The notes below the pieces were generated by a model, which was given only the letters and a program-made list of their open reading frames with translations, searched no databases and was not told where the DNA came from. Shown piece after piece: positions 51,776-61,681 of a stretch of DNA of 64,000 nucleotides. The stretch comes from Candidatus Enterousia sp. (GTDB lineage Bacteria > Pseudomonadota > Alphaproteobacteria > Rs-D84), in contig JAZLAZ010000027.1 of NCBI GenBank assembly GCA_045613445.1, forward strand, positions 674 to 64,673, in the 5' to 3' direction. A program made the position numbers and the translations under genes. The stretch's first letter is position 1. The number at the start of each line of letters is the position of its first letter.

Positions 51776-53521
51776 CATTGGCACAATCGTAGTTATATCA
51801 TAAACATGATAAATCATATCGTTATATTTTATTTTTAGTTTATTTGTACTATCCCGCATGATATTTGTTTCAATTGGTGTCATTGCCCCATAGTACAAAG
51901 CATCATCAACAACGACATGTAATGCAGGTTCAGTTGTTTTATACGACAACAAACCCACCGTATCATCATTTACATGTAACTTTCGCAAATTCCCACGATA
52001 ACACATACGAGCATCTGTTGCGCCAAGAACAGAATTCGGAAAGTCATCAGGGCACGGCGCACACGCAACTTTTTTGTTCCAATCTTGTTCAAACCCAGTA
52101 ATATACTGATAATATCTTGGCGGACATTTGGTAGTCAAACTAGTCGCATTAAAAATACCACCCATCACCCCTAATTTATTGTCATTATTTAACCCAGCGA
52201 ACAAAGTATCTGGCACAAAACCAGACAAATTTGAACATCCACCGAACATATATCCGAACATTTCAACATCTAAGGTTCCAGAAATATTTCCAAACAATTT
52301 TTCAGGTAATTTTGTCAAACCAGAACAATAATAAAAAGTTGAATAAAACATACTTTTTGCAATTCCACTTACACCGGCAAACAAATTTTCTGGTATCGAC
52401 TTTATCCCAGAACATCTGCTAAAAGTTCCTTTGAACATTGAATCTGCTGCACCATACACTCCTGCAAATAAGTTTTCTGGTATTGCGGTTATGTTTGTAC
52501 ATCCATTAAAAGTATTCTCAAACATCCCAATACTTGAACCACTAATTCCCAAAAATAAATTCTTTGGAATTTCAGTCAGTTTTGAGCATCCATAAAAGGT
52601 ATGTGAAAATGCAGCACGTGCATTACCTGTTACATGAGAAAATAAATTTTCAGGAATTTTTTTCAAATTTGAGCACCCCGAAAAAGTAGCACAAAACAAC
52701 CATTCCCCCGCTACTGTAATACCAGCGAACAGATTTTCTGGGATATTTTCTAATTTACTGCACCCATAAAAAGTATAGTAAAACACAGAATTATTTATAC
52801 CCGTAATACTTGCAAATAATCCTGTTGGCACATTTACTAAACTAGTACATTCTGCAAATGTATACGAAAACAAACTATAACCAATGCCATGAACACCAGA
52901 AAACAAATCTGCGGGCACAGTTGTTAAACCCGTACAACCACGAAAAGTTTCTTTGAACATCGCATCACCAATATTTACAATAAAATTTGGGAACAAATTT
53001 TCTGGCAATTCCTTCAACCCAACACAGCCAGCAAATGCTTGCGCAAACATATTGCTAAATCCATAATAATCACCCGCAAACAAATTTTTTGGAATCGATA
53101 CAAGATTTTTACAATTTTGAAAAACACCGTTAAATCGGACTGGCAAATATGTACCACTGCTATTACGTAATGTCGGAAACAACGCTGTCAAAGAGCCCTC
53201 TAAACGACTGATATTCAAATTATTCGCAAACGATATTGACGCTGTAGCAGAAGTATATCCAGTTGCAACACCATCAAATCCAATTATATACTCATTGGCA
53301 ATGTCATATATATGCGAATACACTGTTTGAATCGTATCTGTTCTATTTATCGTTTCAACAGTTCCATCTCCCCAATCCACCGTAAAAAAACCTTGTGCCG
53401 ACATACTAAAACTGAATTCCACTGTATCAGGTGTGGTCACAACCGTAAACTTCGGCTTTATTGACTCCGCATGTGCAACAGAACATAGCATAATTAAACA
53501 TATACATAAAATTTTTATCAT
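51773..53521 (-). CDS. Secreted PKD/LRR-like surface protein with Cys linker and conserved C-terminal domain
   Basis: Signal peptide MIKILCICL (start 53521), VDWGDG...YSH.Y, ~25-aa F..TF.GC..L..IP.NLF repeats; paralog of 2015..3646. Confidence 0.8.
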   Translation of the reverse strand: MIKILCICLIMLCSVAHAESIKPKFTVVTTPDTVEFSFSMSAQGFFTVDWGDGTVETINRTDTIQTVYSHIYDIANEYIIGFDGVATGYTSATASISFANNLNISRLEGSLTALFPTLRNSSGTYLPVRFNGVFQNCKNLVSIPKNLFAGDYYGFSNMFAQAFAGCVGLKELPENLFPNFIVNIGDAMFKETFRGCTGLTTVPADLFSGVHGIGYSLFSYTFAECTSLVNVPTGLFASITGINNSVFYYTFYGCSKLENIPENLFAGITVAGEWLFCATFSGCSNLKKIPENLFSHVTGNARAAFSHTFYGCSKLTEIPKNLFLGISGSSIGMFENTFNGCTNITAIPENLFAGVYGAADSMFKGTFSRCSGIKSIPENLFAGVSGIAKSMFYSTFYYCSGLTKLPEKLFGNISGTLDVEMFGYMFGGCSNLSGFVPDTLFAGLNNDNKLGVMGGIFNATSLTTKCPPRYYQYITGFEQDWNKKVACAPCPDDFPNSVLGATDARMCYRGNLRKLHVNDDTVGLLSYKTTEPALHVVVDDALYYGAMTPIETNIMRDSTNKLKIKYNDMIYHVYDITTIVPM

Positions 53522-53585
53522 ACACCCCCCGATATAATGGTGGGGCAATAATTACTGTCAAGGTTTCGGTCAGAAATATTACCCC

Positions 53586-53806
53586 AAAAGAAAACCGCCA
53601 CAAAAATGACGGTCGGGAAGGTTGATAAACATACAAAGTAATGCCCCCATGGTCTTTAGGAAATTTCCCTGAACATACACCACAGGCCCCCCAACCACAA
53701 TCAGGGTAAAAACGGTGCGATGGCACCGAATTGCTTCGGATTACGATGCATTCGCACCGACTTTGTATGAGCTTATCAAGGCCCGAACCGACATCCCTGT
53801 CAGTTC
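53586..53806 (-). ncRNA. C4/CI-like antisense RNA module 1 (target, three-stem RNA, terminator)
   Basis: P1 53687-96/53611-21, P2 53679-86/53646-53, P3 53641-45/53628-32. Loop and bulge are complementary to the upstream 53760-53780. GCAA tetraloop hairpin. Terminator 53586-53613. Confidence 0.7.
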
Positions 53807-53813
53807 AGTTTAC

Positions 53814-53843
53814 ATTTTATTAAAATAACATATGCTATTTCAA
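53814..53843 (-). promoter_or_regulatory. Sigma70-like promoter of RNA module 1
   Basis: TTGAAA-N18-TAAAAT immediately upstream of the structured RNA. Confidence 0.6.
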
Positions 53844-53876
53844 TAAAAAAATCCCCCAAACTGGGGGATTTTTTTA
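53843..53876. repeat. 34-bp direct repeat / terminator (right copy)
   Basis: Identical to 51742-51775. Confidence 0.95.
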
Positions 53877-54593
53877 TTTCATTTTACATCCAATCGCTTT
53901 TTTCAAACCTGCTGTTATATCTTTGTTATTTTCATATATTTTTAACACATTTTCTGTTTCAGCCGCATGCGTTCTTAAATAACCATCTAAAATTGCAACA
54001 GCCATATCTGTAAATACTTTATCATCTTTAATAGAAATTTTACCACTTGATAACATATCAAAATAAACACGTTCTTTCGCAGACATACGACCAATAATAT
54101 CCCCAGATGCCGCCACCAATTTTGCAACTTGCGTATCACTTAAACGATGTTTTCCTTGCAGTTCTTTTAACTCGCTCATCATATCAATTGTATCTAAATC
54201 CATTTTTGTTTGCTTAAAATACCATGCAGTAACAGACAACCACCATAATGACAACAGCAGATTTGCCAGCCAAGTACCATGCGCACGAAATCCAGGATTT
54301 GGATTGACTTTTAATTCACCTGTTTTATATGTGTTATCATCAACAATATACTTATCCACAGGAATATATGCATCATGGATTGCCTTTTTATACGGCATAT
54401 AGATTTTATTTTTCGCACGACACAGCATTGTATCCGGTGTAGATTGCAAAAACATCCAAGAAACATTTCCTATAAAAAACAACGCAATTGCACCCGCAAT
54501 ATTCGTTTGAACAAAATTCGAAAACATTAAATCTTTACGAGTAAAATTTGTATACTTTTTATACAAAGCATCATTTTTTTCGTTTTTTTGCAT
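53874..54593 (-). CDS. Hypothetical membrane protein (2 TM)
   Basis: GGGGG RBS; two hydrophobic segments. Confidence 0.65.
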   Translation of the reverse strand: MQKNEKNDALYKKYTNFTRKDLMFSNFVQTNIAGAIALFFIGNVSWMFLQSTPDTMLCRAKNKIYMPYKKAIHDAYIPVDKYIVDDNTYKTGELKVNPNPGFRAHGTWLANLLLSLWWLSVTAWYFKQTKMDLDTIDMMSELKELQGKHRLSDTQVAKLVAASGDIIGRMSAKERVYFDMLSSGKISIKDDKVFTDMAVAILDGYLRTHAAETENVLKIYENNKDITAGLKKAIGCKMK

Positions 54594-54612
54594 ATTCTAC
54601 CCCCATTGCCTC

Positions 54613-55335
54613 TTATTGTAATTTTTTCGTCCATTCGTTATCTGGGAAATTCAGTTTCAGCATCTGCGCATATCCATCTGCTTGTTCTGGCAACCCAATC
54701 GCAGTATAACATTCTGTCAAACGATACATTGCCTCTGCTGTCATAACTGTTTCTTGGGCATCTGTCACAACAGACTGTAAACGATTTATTGCACTGGCCC
54801 AATTTTCTTTTTTCATATCATTTCGTGCAGAATACATAACTTTACCTGCGATATAGTTTTTTAAGATAACAATCTTGTTTTCTGCATTTTTTGCATACGG
54901 GCTGCGCGGGAAACGTTTTACCAGTGCTTGAAACTGTTGCAACGCATACGCACTCATCCCTGGTTCGCGACGCACATCACTGACCTGACGGTAATAGCAC
55001 ATTCCGCGCAAATACATTACATACGGAACATCCTTATGTCCCGGATGAAAGCGCATAAATCTGTCTGTGGCCAATATTGCACCAGGGAAATCCCCATCCA
55101 TATACTGCGAATACGCTGCCATAATCAATGCGTCTGCAGCCCACGGACTGGCCGGATATTGTGTTTCTGCCTTTAAGAAATCTGCAGCGGCCTGTTCATA
55201 ATTTTCATCGTTAAATTCTTCATACGCAGATGTATATATATCCACCAAAGGCAATTCTGTAACAACAAAATCTTCTGTTCCAGCACATCCTGTCAGAACA
55301 GATGTCAACACCATAAGCATTACAATTTTTTTCAT
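54613..55335 (-). CDS. bamD: Outer membrane assembly lipoprotein BamD
   Basis: Lipobox LTGC and TPRs: YP.SPWA, RF...HP.HKDV.Y..YL.G. Confidence 0.92.
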   Translation of the reverse strand: MKKIVMLMVLTSVLTGCAGTEDFVVTELPLVDIYTSAYEEFNDENYEQAAADFLKAETQYPASPWAADALIMAAYSQYMDGDFPGAILATDRFMRFHPGHKDVPYVMYLRGMCYYRQVSDVRREPGMSAYALQQFQALVKRFPRSPYAKNAENKIVILKNYIAGKVMYSARNDMKKENWASAINRLQSVVTDAQETVMTAEAMYRLTECYTAIGLPEQADGYAQMLKLNFPDNEWTKKLQ

Positions 55336-55387
55336 AACTTAAATCCTGTCTTGATTTTCAATTTCATAACGCAGTATAATCTAAACT

Positions 55388-56848
55388 ATGAAACTAGGCA
55401 AACATATTTTCGGCGTTGGCGCAATGACTGGAATCAGTCGCATATTTGGATTTATTCGTGACATGCTGATTGCGCGCGTTTTGGGAGCAGGGCGTCTGTC
55501 CGACATATTCTTGGCTGCGTTCAAGTTACCAAACATGTTTCGTGATCTATTGGGCGAAGGCGCATTGTCTGCCATATTTATTCCAATGTATACAGATTCT
55601 AAAAAAGACGAAGGATTTGCACGAAATGCTTTTTCTTGGCTGATGGTTATATTACTAGGCATAACTATTCTGTTTGAAATATTTATGCCATTAGTCATAT
55701 GGTTCTTGGCACCTGGGTTTGATGCCACACCTGGCAAAATGGAAATGACAATCATTATATCACGCATAATGTTTGTATATGTAATCTTTATATGTGGCGC
55801 TGCTTTTTTATCTGCGATATTAAATGCATTTTCAAGATTTTTACTGGCTGCATTTATGCCTGTACTATTAAATATTATGCTGATATGCACATTACTGTTT
55901 GCCATGCTGTTTGGCAGTACACATATACTATATCTAATGGCTATTACAGTTGTATTATCTGGCATTATTCAGTTTGGTGTTTTGTGGTCGCGTATTCGCC
56001 GAAAACATTTCGGTCTGTATTTAGTAAAACCGCGTTGGACACCGAAAATCAGCAGCATGTTCAAGCGTCTTGGGGTCAGCATTATTGGTAATGGTTTTTA
56101 TCAGATTACCATTATTATCGGCACACTGGTTGCCAGTTTCCAAAGCGGGGCAGTATCATGGCTATATTATTCTGACAGAATTGTACAATTACCATTTGCG
56201 ATGATTGGTCTGGCGGTTGGCACAGTTTTAATGTCATCAATATCAAACGCTTTGACCAACAACAACATGCGCAGTGTATATATTCAGCAAAATTCAACAC
56301 TTCGTCGTTCAATGATGTTGATATTACCGTGCGTTGCGGGGTTATTTGTACTGGCCGAACCGATTATAAAGTTCTTGTTTGAATATGGTGCATGGACATC
56401 TGAATCGACCCATGCTGTTGCACTGGCGATTATGATCCAAGTATTTGTATTACCAGCGATGCTTATCAGTCAGATATATAACAAAACACTGTACGCATCC
56501 CAAGATGTAAAAACCCCTGTAAAGACCAGTATAATATCACTTAGTGTTGCTGCGTTATTGTATTTAGCATTATTCCCAGTCACAGGATATCTGGCGATAC
56601 CAATTGGCATTGTTGTCAGCGGTTATCTTAAAAACTATTTATTGGGGCGCGCGTGTCACAAGCGCGGTTTGGCGCAGCACGACAGCCGTACTATCCGTGC
56701 AATCATTACATTTGGCATACTGGCCACAATTTTAGGTGCTATATTATCAATGATTACTATTTCTAATATATGGACTCTGGGATTGGCGATTGTCGGATAC
56801 GGCATCATATATCTACCAATTGCGTATTTAATCGACCGCAAAATTTAA
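55388..56848 (+). CDS. murJ: Lipid II flippase MurJ
   Basis: SRIFGFIRD, AF.LPN.FR.L.GEGA.S..FIP, YSDR..QLP. Confidence 0.95.
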   Translation: MKLGKHIFGVGAMTGISRIFGFIRDMLIARVLGAGRLSDIFLAAFKLPNMFRDLLGEGALSAIFIPMYTDSKKDEGFARNAFSWLMVILLGITILFEIFMPLVIWFLAPGFDATPGKMEMTIIISRIMFVYVIFICGAAFLSAILNAFSRFLLAAFMPVLLNIMLICTLLFAMLFGSTHILYLMAITVVLSGIIQFGVLWSRIRRKHFGLYLVKPRWTPKISSMFKRLGVSIIGNGFYQITIIIGTLVASFQSGAVSWLYYSDRIVQLPFAMIGLAVGTVLMSSISNALTNNNMRSVYIQQNSTLRRSMMLILPCVAGLFVLAEPIIKFLFEYGAWTSESTHAVALAIMIQVFVLPAMLISQIYNKTLYASQDVKTPVKTSIISLSVAALLYLALFPVTGYLAIPIGIVVSGYLKNYLLGRACHKRGLAQHDSRTIRAIITFGILATILGAILSMITISNIWTLGLAIVGYGIIYLPIAYLIDRKI

Positions 56849-56925
56849 TACAAAAATAAAATTTGAATACAGGTCTTTTTTATGATAAAATAAAATCATA
56901 AATGTAATGGAAGGAGTCCTAAATC

Positions 56926-57807
56926 ATGAAAAAATTAGTTTCTTTGGCGGCATTGACCGCAATTCTGACAGGATGCGCAGATCTAAGTACAACAGGCCGC
57001 AGCACTAATTACGGTGCAGACGGTTTTGGCGAAGAACCATTGGTTGCAACAGCTGCGCCAGCTGAATCACTAAACGACGCATATTTATTGGCAGCTGCAC
57101 CAAAATATTATGTTGGATCTGCATACAAGGTTGATGATGTACAATACATCCCTGTAGAAGATATGACATACAATCAAACAGGTATCGCGGGTATAATCCC
57201 TACTGAATTAAACAGCAGCAAAACCAGTAACGGCGAAGTGTTTGATATAAATCAAATGGTCGCAACCAGCAAAACATTACCATTGCCAACAATTGCCCGT
57301 GTAACTAATTTAGACAACGGTCAATCTGTTATTGTACGCGTAAACAATCGCGGTCCGTTTGTAAACACTCGTTTAATGGACTTATCGCCAGCAGCCGCAC
57401 AAAAAATCGGTCTAAACGGTCAAGCAAAAGTACAAATTCAAGTTATGCCAGAACAATCAACTGCTGTTAAAAACGCAACATTGGGTGCATCTACACCACA
57501 ACCAGTTGTACAGCCAACAGCAACGACACCGATTGAAACAACAACAGTTGCTGCAACACCAGCATCTGGCCCATACAGCATCCAATTGGCCGCTTTCTAT
57601 GCACAAGACAGCGCAGATGCATTAGCAAACCGTATAAAAACATACGGCGATGCAGTCGTCGTCAACGAAGGCGACCTGTTCAAAGTCCGCATTATCAACA
57701 TGGATGCCACCAAGGCACGTAGCGTTATTGATGCATTACGCACAAACGAAGGCATGGCCCCAGGCTTATTAAAAGATGGTCGTTGGGTAAACGCTGACAG
57801 CATTTAA
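56926..57807 (+). CDS. rlpA: RlpA lipoprotein (DPBB + SPOR)
   Basis: Lipobox LTGC, TSNGEVFD, KTLPLP...VTNL.NG....VRVNNRGPF, C-terminal SPOR. Confidence 0.88.
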   Translation: MKKLVSLAALTAILTGCADLSTTGRSTNYGADGFGEEPLVATAAPAESLNDAYLLAAAPKYYVGSAYKVDDVQYIPVEDMTYNQTGIAGIIPTELNSSKTSNGEVFDINQMVATSKTLPLPTIARVTNLDNGQSVIVRVNNRGPFVNTRLMDLSPAAAQKIGLNGQAKVQIQVMPEQSTAVKNATLGASTPQPVVQPTATTPIETTTVAATPASGPYSIQLAAFYAQDSADALANRIKTYGDAVVVNEGDLFKVRIINMDATKARSVIDALRTNEGMAPGLLKDGRWVNADSI

Positions 57808-57833
57808 TAAAAATCCCCCAAAATGGGGGATTT

Positions 57834-58664
57834 TTATTTCTTTTTGAATACAGGCAATTGGCCTGACTTTATCAACTCTTTATACTTTTTTATATTTTCA
57901 TATTTTTGTTCAACGAGTTTCTTTGAATCATGATATACATCCCGCACATCATCCATTGTTGAGCAATAAACTTCCATCGCTTCATCAAACAATTTTTGAC
58001 GTGCTTCAAACCGATATTCATACACAGAAACAATATCCGGATAATCAGGCCACAAAACATTTGCGAATTCCAGCCTTGCCTTATCACTCTGCAATTTCAA
58101 ATAAAAGCACAAAATTTGAAATACCAATTCAGTACCATACAGACAGAAAGCACGCAAGCACCCAAGCTTTACCAACAAAATATCCACTTTCTTGGAATCA
58201 TTATAAATATAATCAGACCGATAATCTAAGCCAAATTTATTCAGCACATTATCACGTTCAGACAATTTTAATACAGCTTCTTCTGTTTTTGGACTATTTG
58301 CAATCAGCTCATTGATAAAACTATCATTTTTCTTGTCCAATTTTGGATTATCAATCAATTTAACAAAAGCACGATATCCGGCGATATCACCATTTGACCC
58401 CGCCTTTATATCCGCCAAAACCTGTTTTCTAGATCGTTTGTATTGATCCGGATCTATCAATTTAATCCACTGTAACAACCTGTGCAGTTTTCGTGCCAAT
58501 TTTACATCTGGCGCGGTTTTCCATTTGTATTCAACAACCATACGCACCAAAGAAAAGTTATCACAAAACATACGATGTAATTCCACAGGCCCACGACGCA
58601 TCAGCCGCCTTGCAACCAATGAATCCCAGCACCCTAAACCAACATCATAATTTTCTTCTGCCAC
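57834..58664 (-). CDS. Hypothetical protein
   Basis: 276-aa ORF with GTG start downstream of leuS. Confidence 0.6.
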   Translation of the reverse strand: MAEENYDVGLGCWDSLVARRLMRRGPVELHRMFCDNFSLVRMVVEYKWKTAPDVKLARKLHRLLQWIKLIDPDQYKRSRKQVLADIKAGSNGDIAGYRAFVKLIDNPKLDKKNDSFINELIANSPKTEEAVLKLSERDNVLNKFGLDYRSDYIYNDSKKVDILLVKLGCLRAFCLYGTELVFQILCFYLKLQSDKARLEFANVLWPDYPDIVSVYEYRFEARQKLFDEAMEVYCSTMDDVRDVYHDSKKLVEQKYENIKKYKELIKSGQLPVFKKK

Positions 58665-58678
58665 AGACTAACAAACCC

Positions 58679-61075
58679 TTACTTTTTTACAACAAAATTG
58701 ACCAGCTTCTTTGGCACAACAATTGTTTTAATTATTTCACAACCGTCTAATTTTGTACCCACAGCAATTTTAGCAGCATCAACAATCGCCCGTTCATCTG
58801 CATCGGCCGCAGCTACAAAGTCCGTTGCGCGTTTACCATTTATCGACGCAACGATTGTCATTTGCGTTTCAACCAACTTTGACGCATCAAATGTTGGCCA
58901 CGGTTCAAACACCAGCATATCCGCATGTCCCAGTTTTTCCCACATTTCTTCGGTCAAATGCGGTGCAAATGGGTTCAATACTTGCAATAATGTTTCGTAT
59001 GCAGGGCGGGGCATTTTACCACCAAACGCATTGATATATTCCATCATTGCAGAAATTGTTGTATTAAATTTCATACTTTCCAGACGTTCTGTTGCATCTG
59101 CAATCAGTTTATGTTGCAAACGTTCTTGCTCTGCGGTCATCGGTTCTTCTGTTAAATTATCAGCCAAATTTTCCACACGTTTCAAAAACCTTTCAACACC
59201 GCGCAATGTGTCTTCGGACCAATTCGCACTTTGTTCCCATGGTCCAAGATACAAAATAGCCAAACGACACGCATCTGCACCACTGCGTTCAACAACATCG
59301 GAACTTGGTACCGTATTCCCACGCGACTTTGACATTTTTGTACCATCTGCCGCCATAATCAAACCATTGCTGGTGCGTTTTTTATATGGTTCAACGCCTG
59401 GAACAAAACCTAAATCGAACAACACCTTGTACCAAAATCTTGAATACAAAACATGACGTGTCGTGTGTTCCATACCGCCATTATAGTGATCAATTGGCAT
59501 CCACTTATCTAGCTGAGCAGGTTCACAAAACGCATTATTATTTTTCGAATCTAAATATCGCAAGAAATACCATGACGAACCCGCCCATTGTGGCATCGTA
59601 TCTGTTTCGCGCTTTGCAGGCGCACCACAATGCGGACAAGTTGTATTTACCCAATCTGTTGCACGTGCCAATGGACCTTCGCCATCATCTGTTGGTTTAT
59701 AATCAGACATATATGGTTGCATCAGTGGCAATTCTGATTCTGGCACAGGCACCCAACCACATTTTTCACAATGAACCATTGGAATTGGTTCACCCCAGTA
59801 CATTTGACGCGAAAATCCCCAGTCCTTTAATTTATACTTGGTTGTGCCACGTGCAAAACCATGTTCTGTACCATATTTAATAGCGACTGCAATTGCATCT
59901 TCTTTGCCCATACCATCCAAGAAAGATGAATTTATATGCGCACCATCACCTTCCCAAACAATGTCTGGTTCACCACCCGCCAACACTGGGATAATATCCA
60001 AACCAAACTTTTTTGCAAACTCCCAATCACGACCATCATGTGCAGGTACCGCCATAATTGCACCAAAACCATAATCTGCCAAAACATAATCAGAAATAAA
60101 AATTGGAATTTGACGCCCATTAAATGGATTTGTTGCCATAACACCCCGTAATTGCACACCTGTCTTTTCACGTGTAACATCTGTACGTTCAATTTCTGTT
60201 TTTGCACGTGCAGCGGCAATATATTCATTTACAGCATCAGAATTTTCAATTTTACCTTCGTTCAACCATTTTTTTACCAATGCATGTTCCGGCGCCAACA
60301 CACAGAATGTTACACCAAATATGGTATCAATACGTGTTGTATAAACAGTCATAACATCATCACCGACCTGAAACTTCACATCTGCACCATGCGAACGACC
60401 AATCCAGTTAATCTGTTCTGTTTTAACACGTTCTGGATAGTCAACCAATTCCAAATCATCAATCAATCTGTCTGCATATTTTGTAATCGCCAGATTCCAT
60501 TGCAATTTCATTTTCTTTTCAACAGGACCGTGACAGCGTTCACATTTACCATCTTCCAGTTCTTCGTTTGTCAGATTTGTTTTACAATTTGGACACCAGT
60601 TCATTGGCAATTCTGATTTATATGCCAAACCAGCCTTAAAAAACTGAATAAACATCCACTGTGTCCATTTTATAAATTCCGGATCAGATGTTGACAGCTT
60701 TGATTCTGGATTAAAAGACAGCCCCATTATAGAAATATCGCGTTCAAAAATTTTAATCAATTCTGCAACAGATTCACTGGGGTGTTTACCAATTTTTGTT
60801 GCATAATTTTCAGACGAAATCCCCATTGAATCATATCCAATTGGATACAACACATCAAATCCACGCATACGACGATAGCGCGCCAAAACATCCATACCTG
60901 TATACGGCAACATATGTCCAACATGCAACCCAGACCCACTTGGGAACGGAAATTCGATCAAATTATAATATTTTGGCTTTGAACCATCATTTTTTGGCAC
61001 AAACGCACGTGCATCACGCCATTTATTTTGCCATTTTATTTCACGCTCATGAATTTTTTTGATATCATCTGCCAT
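58679..61075 (-). CDS. leuS: Leucine--tRNA ligase
   Basis: FPFPSGSGLHVGH, CP1 editing domain (YTTR.DT..G, G.GA+MAVPAHD.RD), KMSKS. Start 61075. Confidence 0.96.
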   Translation of the reverse strand: MADDIKKIHEREIKWQNKWRDARAFVPKNDGSKPKYYNLIEFPFPSGSGLHVGHMLPYTGMDVLARYRRMRGFDVLYPIGYDSMGISSENYATKIGKHPSESVAELIKIFERDISIMGLSFNPESKLSTSDPEFIKWTQWMFIQFFKAGLAYKSELPMNWCPNCKTNLTNEELEDGKCERCHGPVEKKMKLQWNLAITKYADRLIDDLELVDYPERVKTEQINWIGRSHGADVKFQVGDDVMTVYTTRIDTIFGVTFCVLAPEHALVKKWLNEGKIENSDAVNEYIAAARAKTEIERTDVTREKTGVQLRGVMATNPFNGRQIPIFISDYVLADYGFGAIMAVPAHDGRDWEFAKKFGLDIIPVLAGGEPDIVWEGDGAHINSSFLDGMGKEDAIAVAIKYGTEHGFARGTTKYKLKDWGFSRQMYWGEPIPMVHCEKCGWVPVPESELPLMQPYMSDYKPTDDGEGPLARATDWVNTTCPHCGAPAKRETDTMPQWAGSSWYFLRYLDSKNNNAFCEPAQLDKWMPIDHYNGGMEHTTRHVLYSRFWYKVLFDLGFVPGVEPYKKRTSNGLIMAADGTKMSKSRGNTVPSSDVVERSGADACRLAILYLGPWEQSANWSEDTLRGVERFLKRVENLADNLTEEPMTAEQERLQHKLIADATERLESMKFNTTISAMMEYINAFGGKMPRPAYETLLQVLNPFAPHLTEEMWEKLGHADMLVFEPWPTFDASKLVETQMTIVASINGKRATDFVAAADADERAIVDAAKIAVGTKLDGCEIIKTIVVPKKLVNFVVKK

Positions 61076-61162
61076 AATACAAACCCTGTTGTTATAAATT
61101 ATTCCAACAGGAATTTTAGCCACAACTACCACATATTTCAAGAAAAACATTACATAAAAAAA

Positions 61163-61660
61163 CTATTCATCCATACCAACCGTCGCCAGAATCGATACTC
61201 TAAAATTATTATAATTATCTTTCATTCCATCACTTGCACAATATTTCGCACAGGTTTCGTTACACTTATTTGAATAAGTCCATATATTTACCCACTTTGA
61301 TTCAAACGGATGTATAATTTTACACCAGCATCTGTTACCATCATCACGGCCCTGAAAATTCGCATTTGTATCTGCACCATTTTTCGCATACGGACAACCA
61401 GCATATTGTGAAAAAACACCATTCACTATATTTGGACATTTTGTTGTATCTGAATCCAGCGATATGCACGAAGAAATCCCCGACACCGTCCCAAAACCAT
61501 TATAAAACACACGCCATTCATATGAACCATTATCATACGAAACAGATGTCGGTGCCTTTGGCGCCAAACCAATAACAACATTATTATCACGCGCACACAC
61601 AGTTGCGCCGTTCGCGCAAAAACAATATAAACTCAATAAGATAATCATTATTCTTTTCAT
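61163..61660 (-). CDS. Small secreted Cys-rich protein (CWC family)
   Basis: Signal peptide; G..SC...G.RCWC...P..S.W...C..TCA.YC. Confidence 0.75.
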   Translation of the reverse strand: MKRIMIILLSLYCFCANGATVCARDNNVVIGLAPKAPTSVSYDNGSYEWRVFYNGFGTVSGISSCISLDSDTTKCPNIVNGVFSQYAGCPYAKNGADTNANFQGRDDGNRCWCKIIHPFESKWVNIWTYSNKCNETCAKYCASDGMKDNYNNFRVSILATVGMDE

Positions 61661-61681
61661 GTTTTATCAACCTTTTTATTA

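Noticed and set aside
53538-53650. Two-piece tmRNA suggested by CCCCACCA and GGGGGC on the minus strand
   Set aside because: No T-arm before the CCA, no convincing acceptor stem, and no tag reading frame.
53427-53726. 99-aa minus ORF over RNA module 1
   Set aside because: No clear RBS, overlaps the LRR gene start out of frame, and crosses a terminator; the RNA structure explains the sequence better.
5455-58664. Lys-rich C-termini of orphan proteins as secretion-effector signals
   Set aside because: Housekeeping proteins here (RplY, Tig, LeuS) also end in Lys; AT bias explains it.
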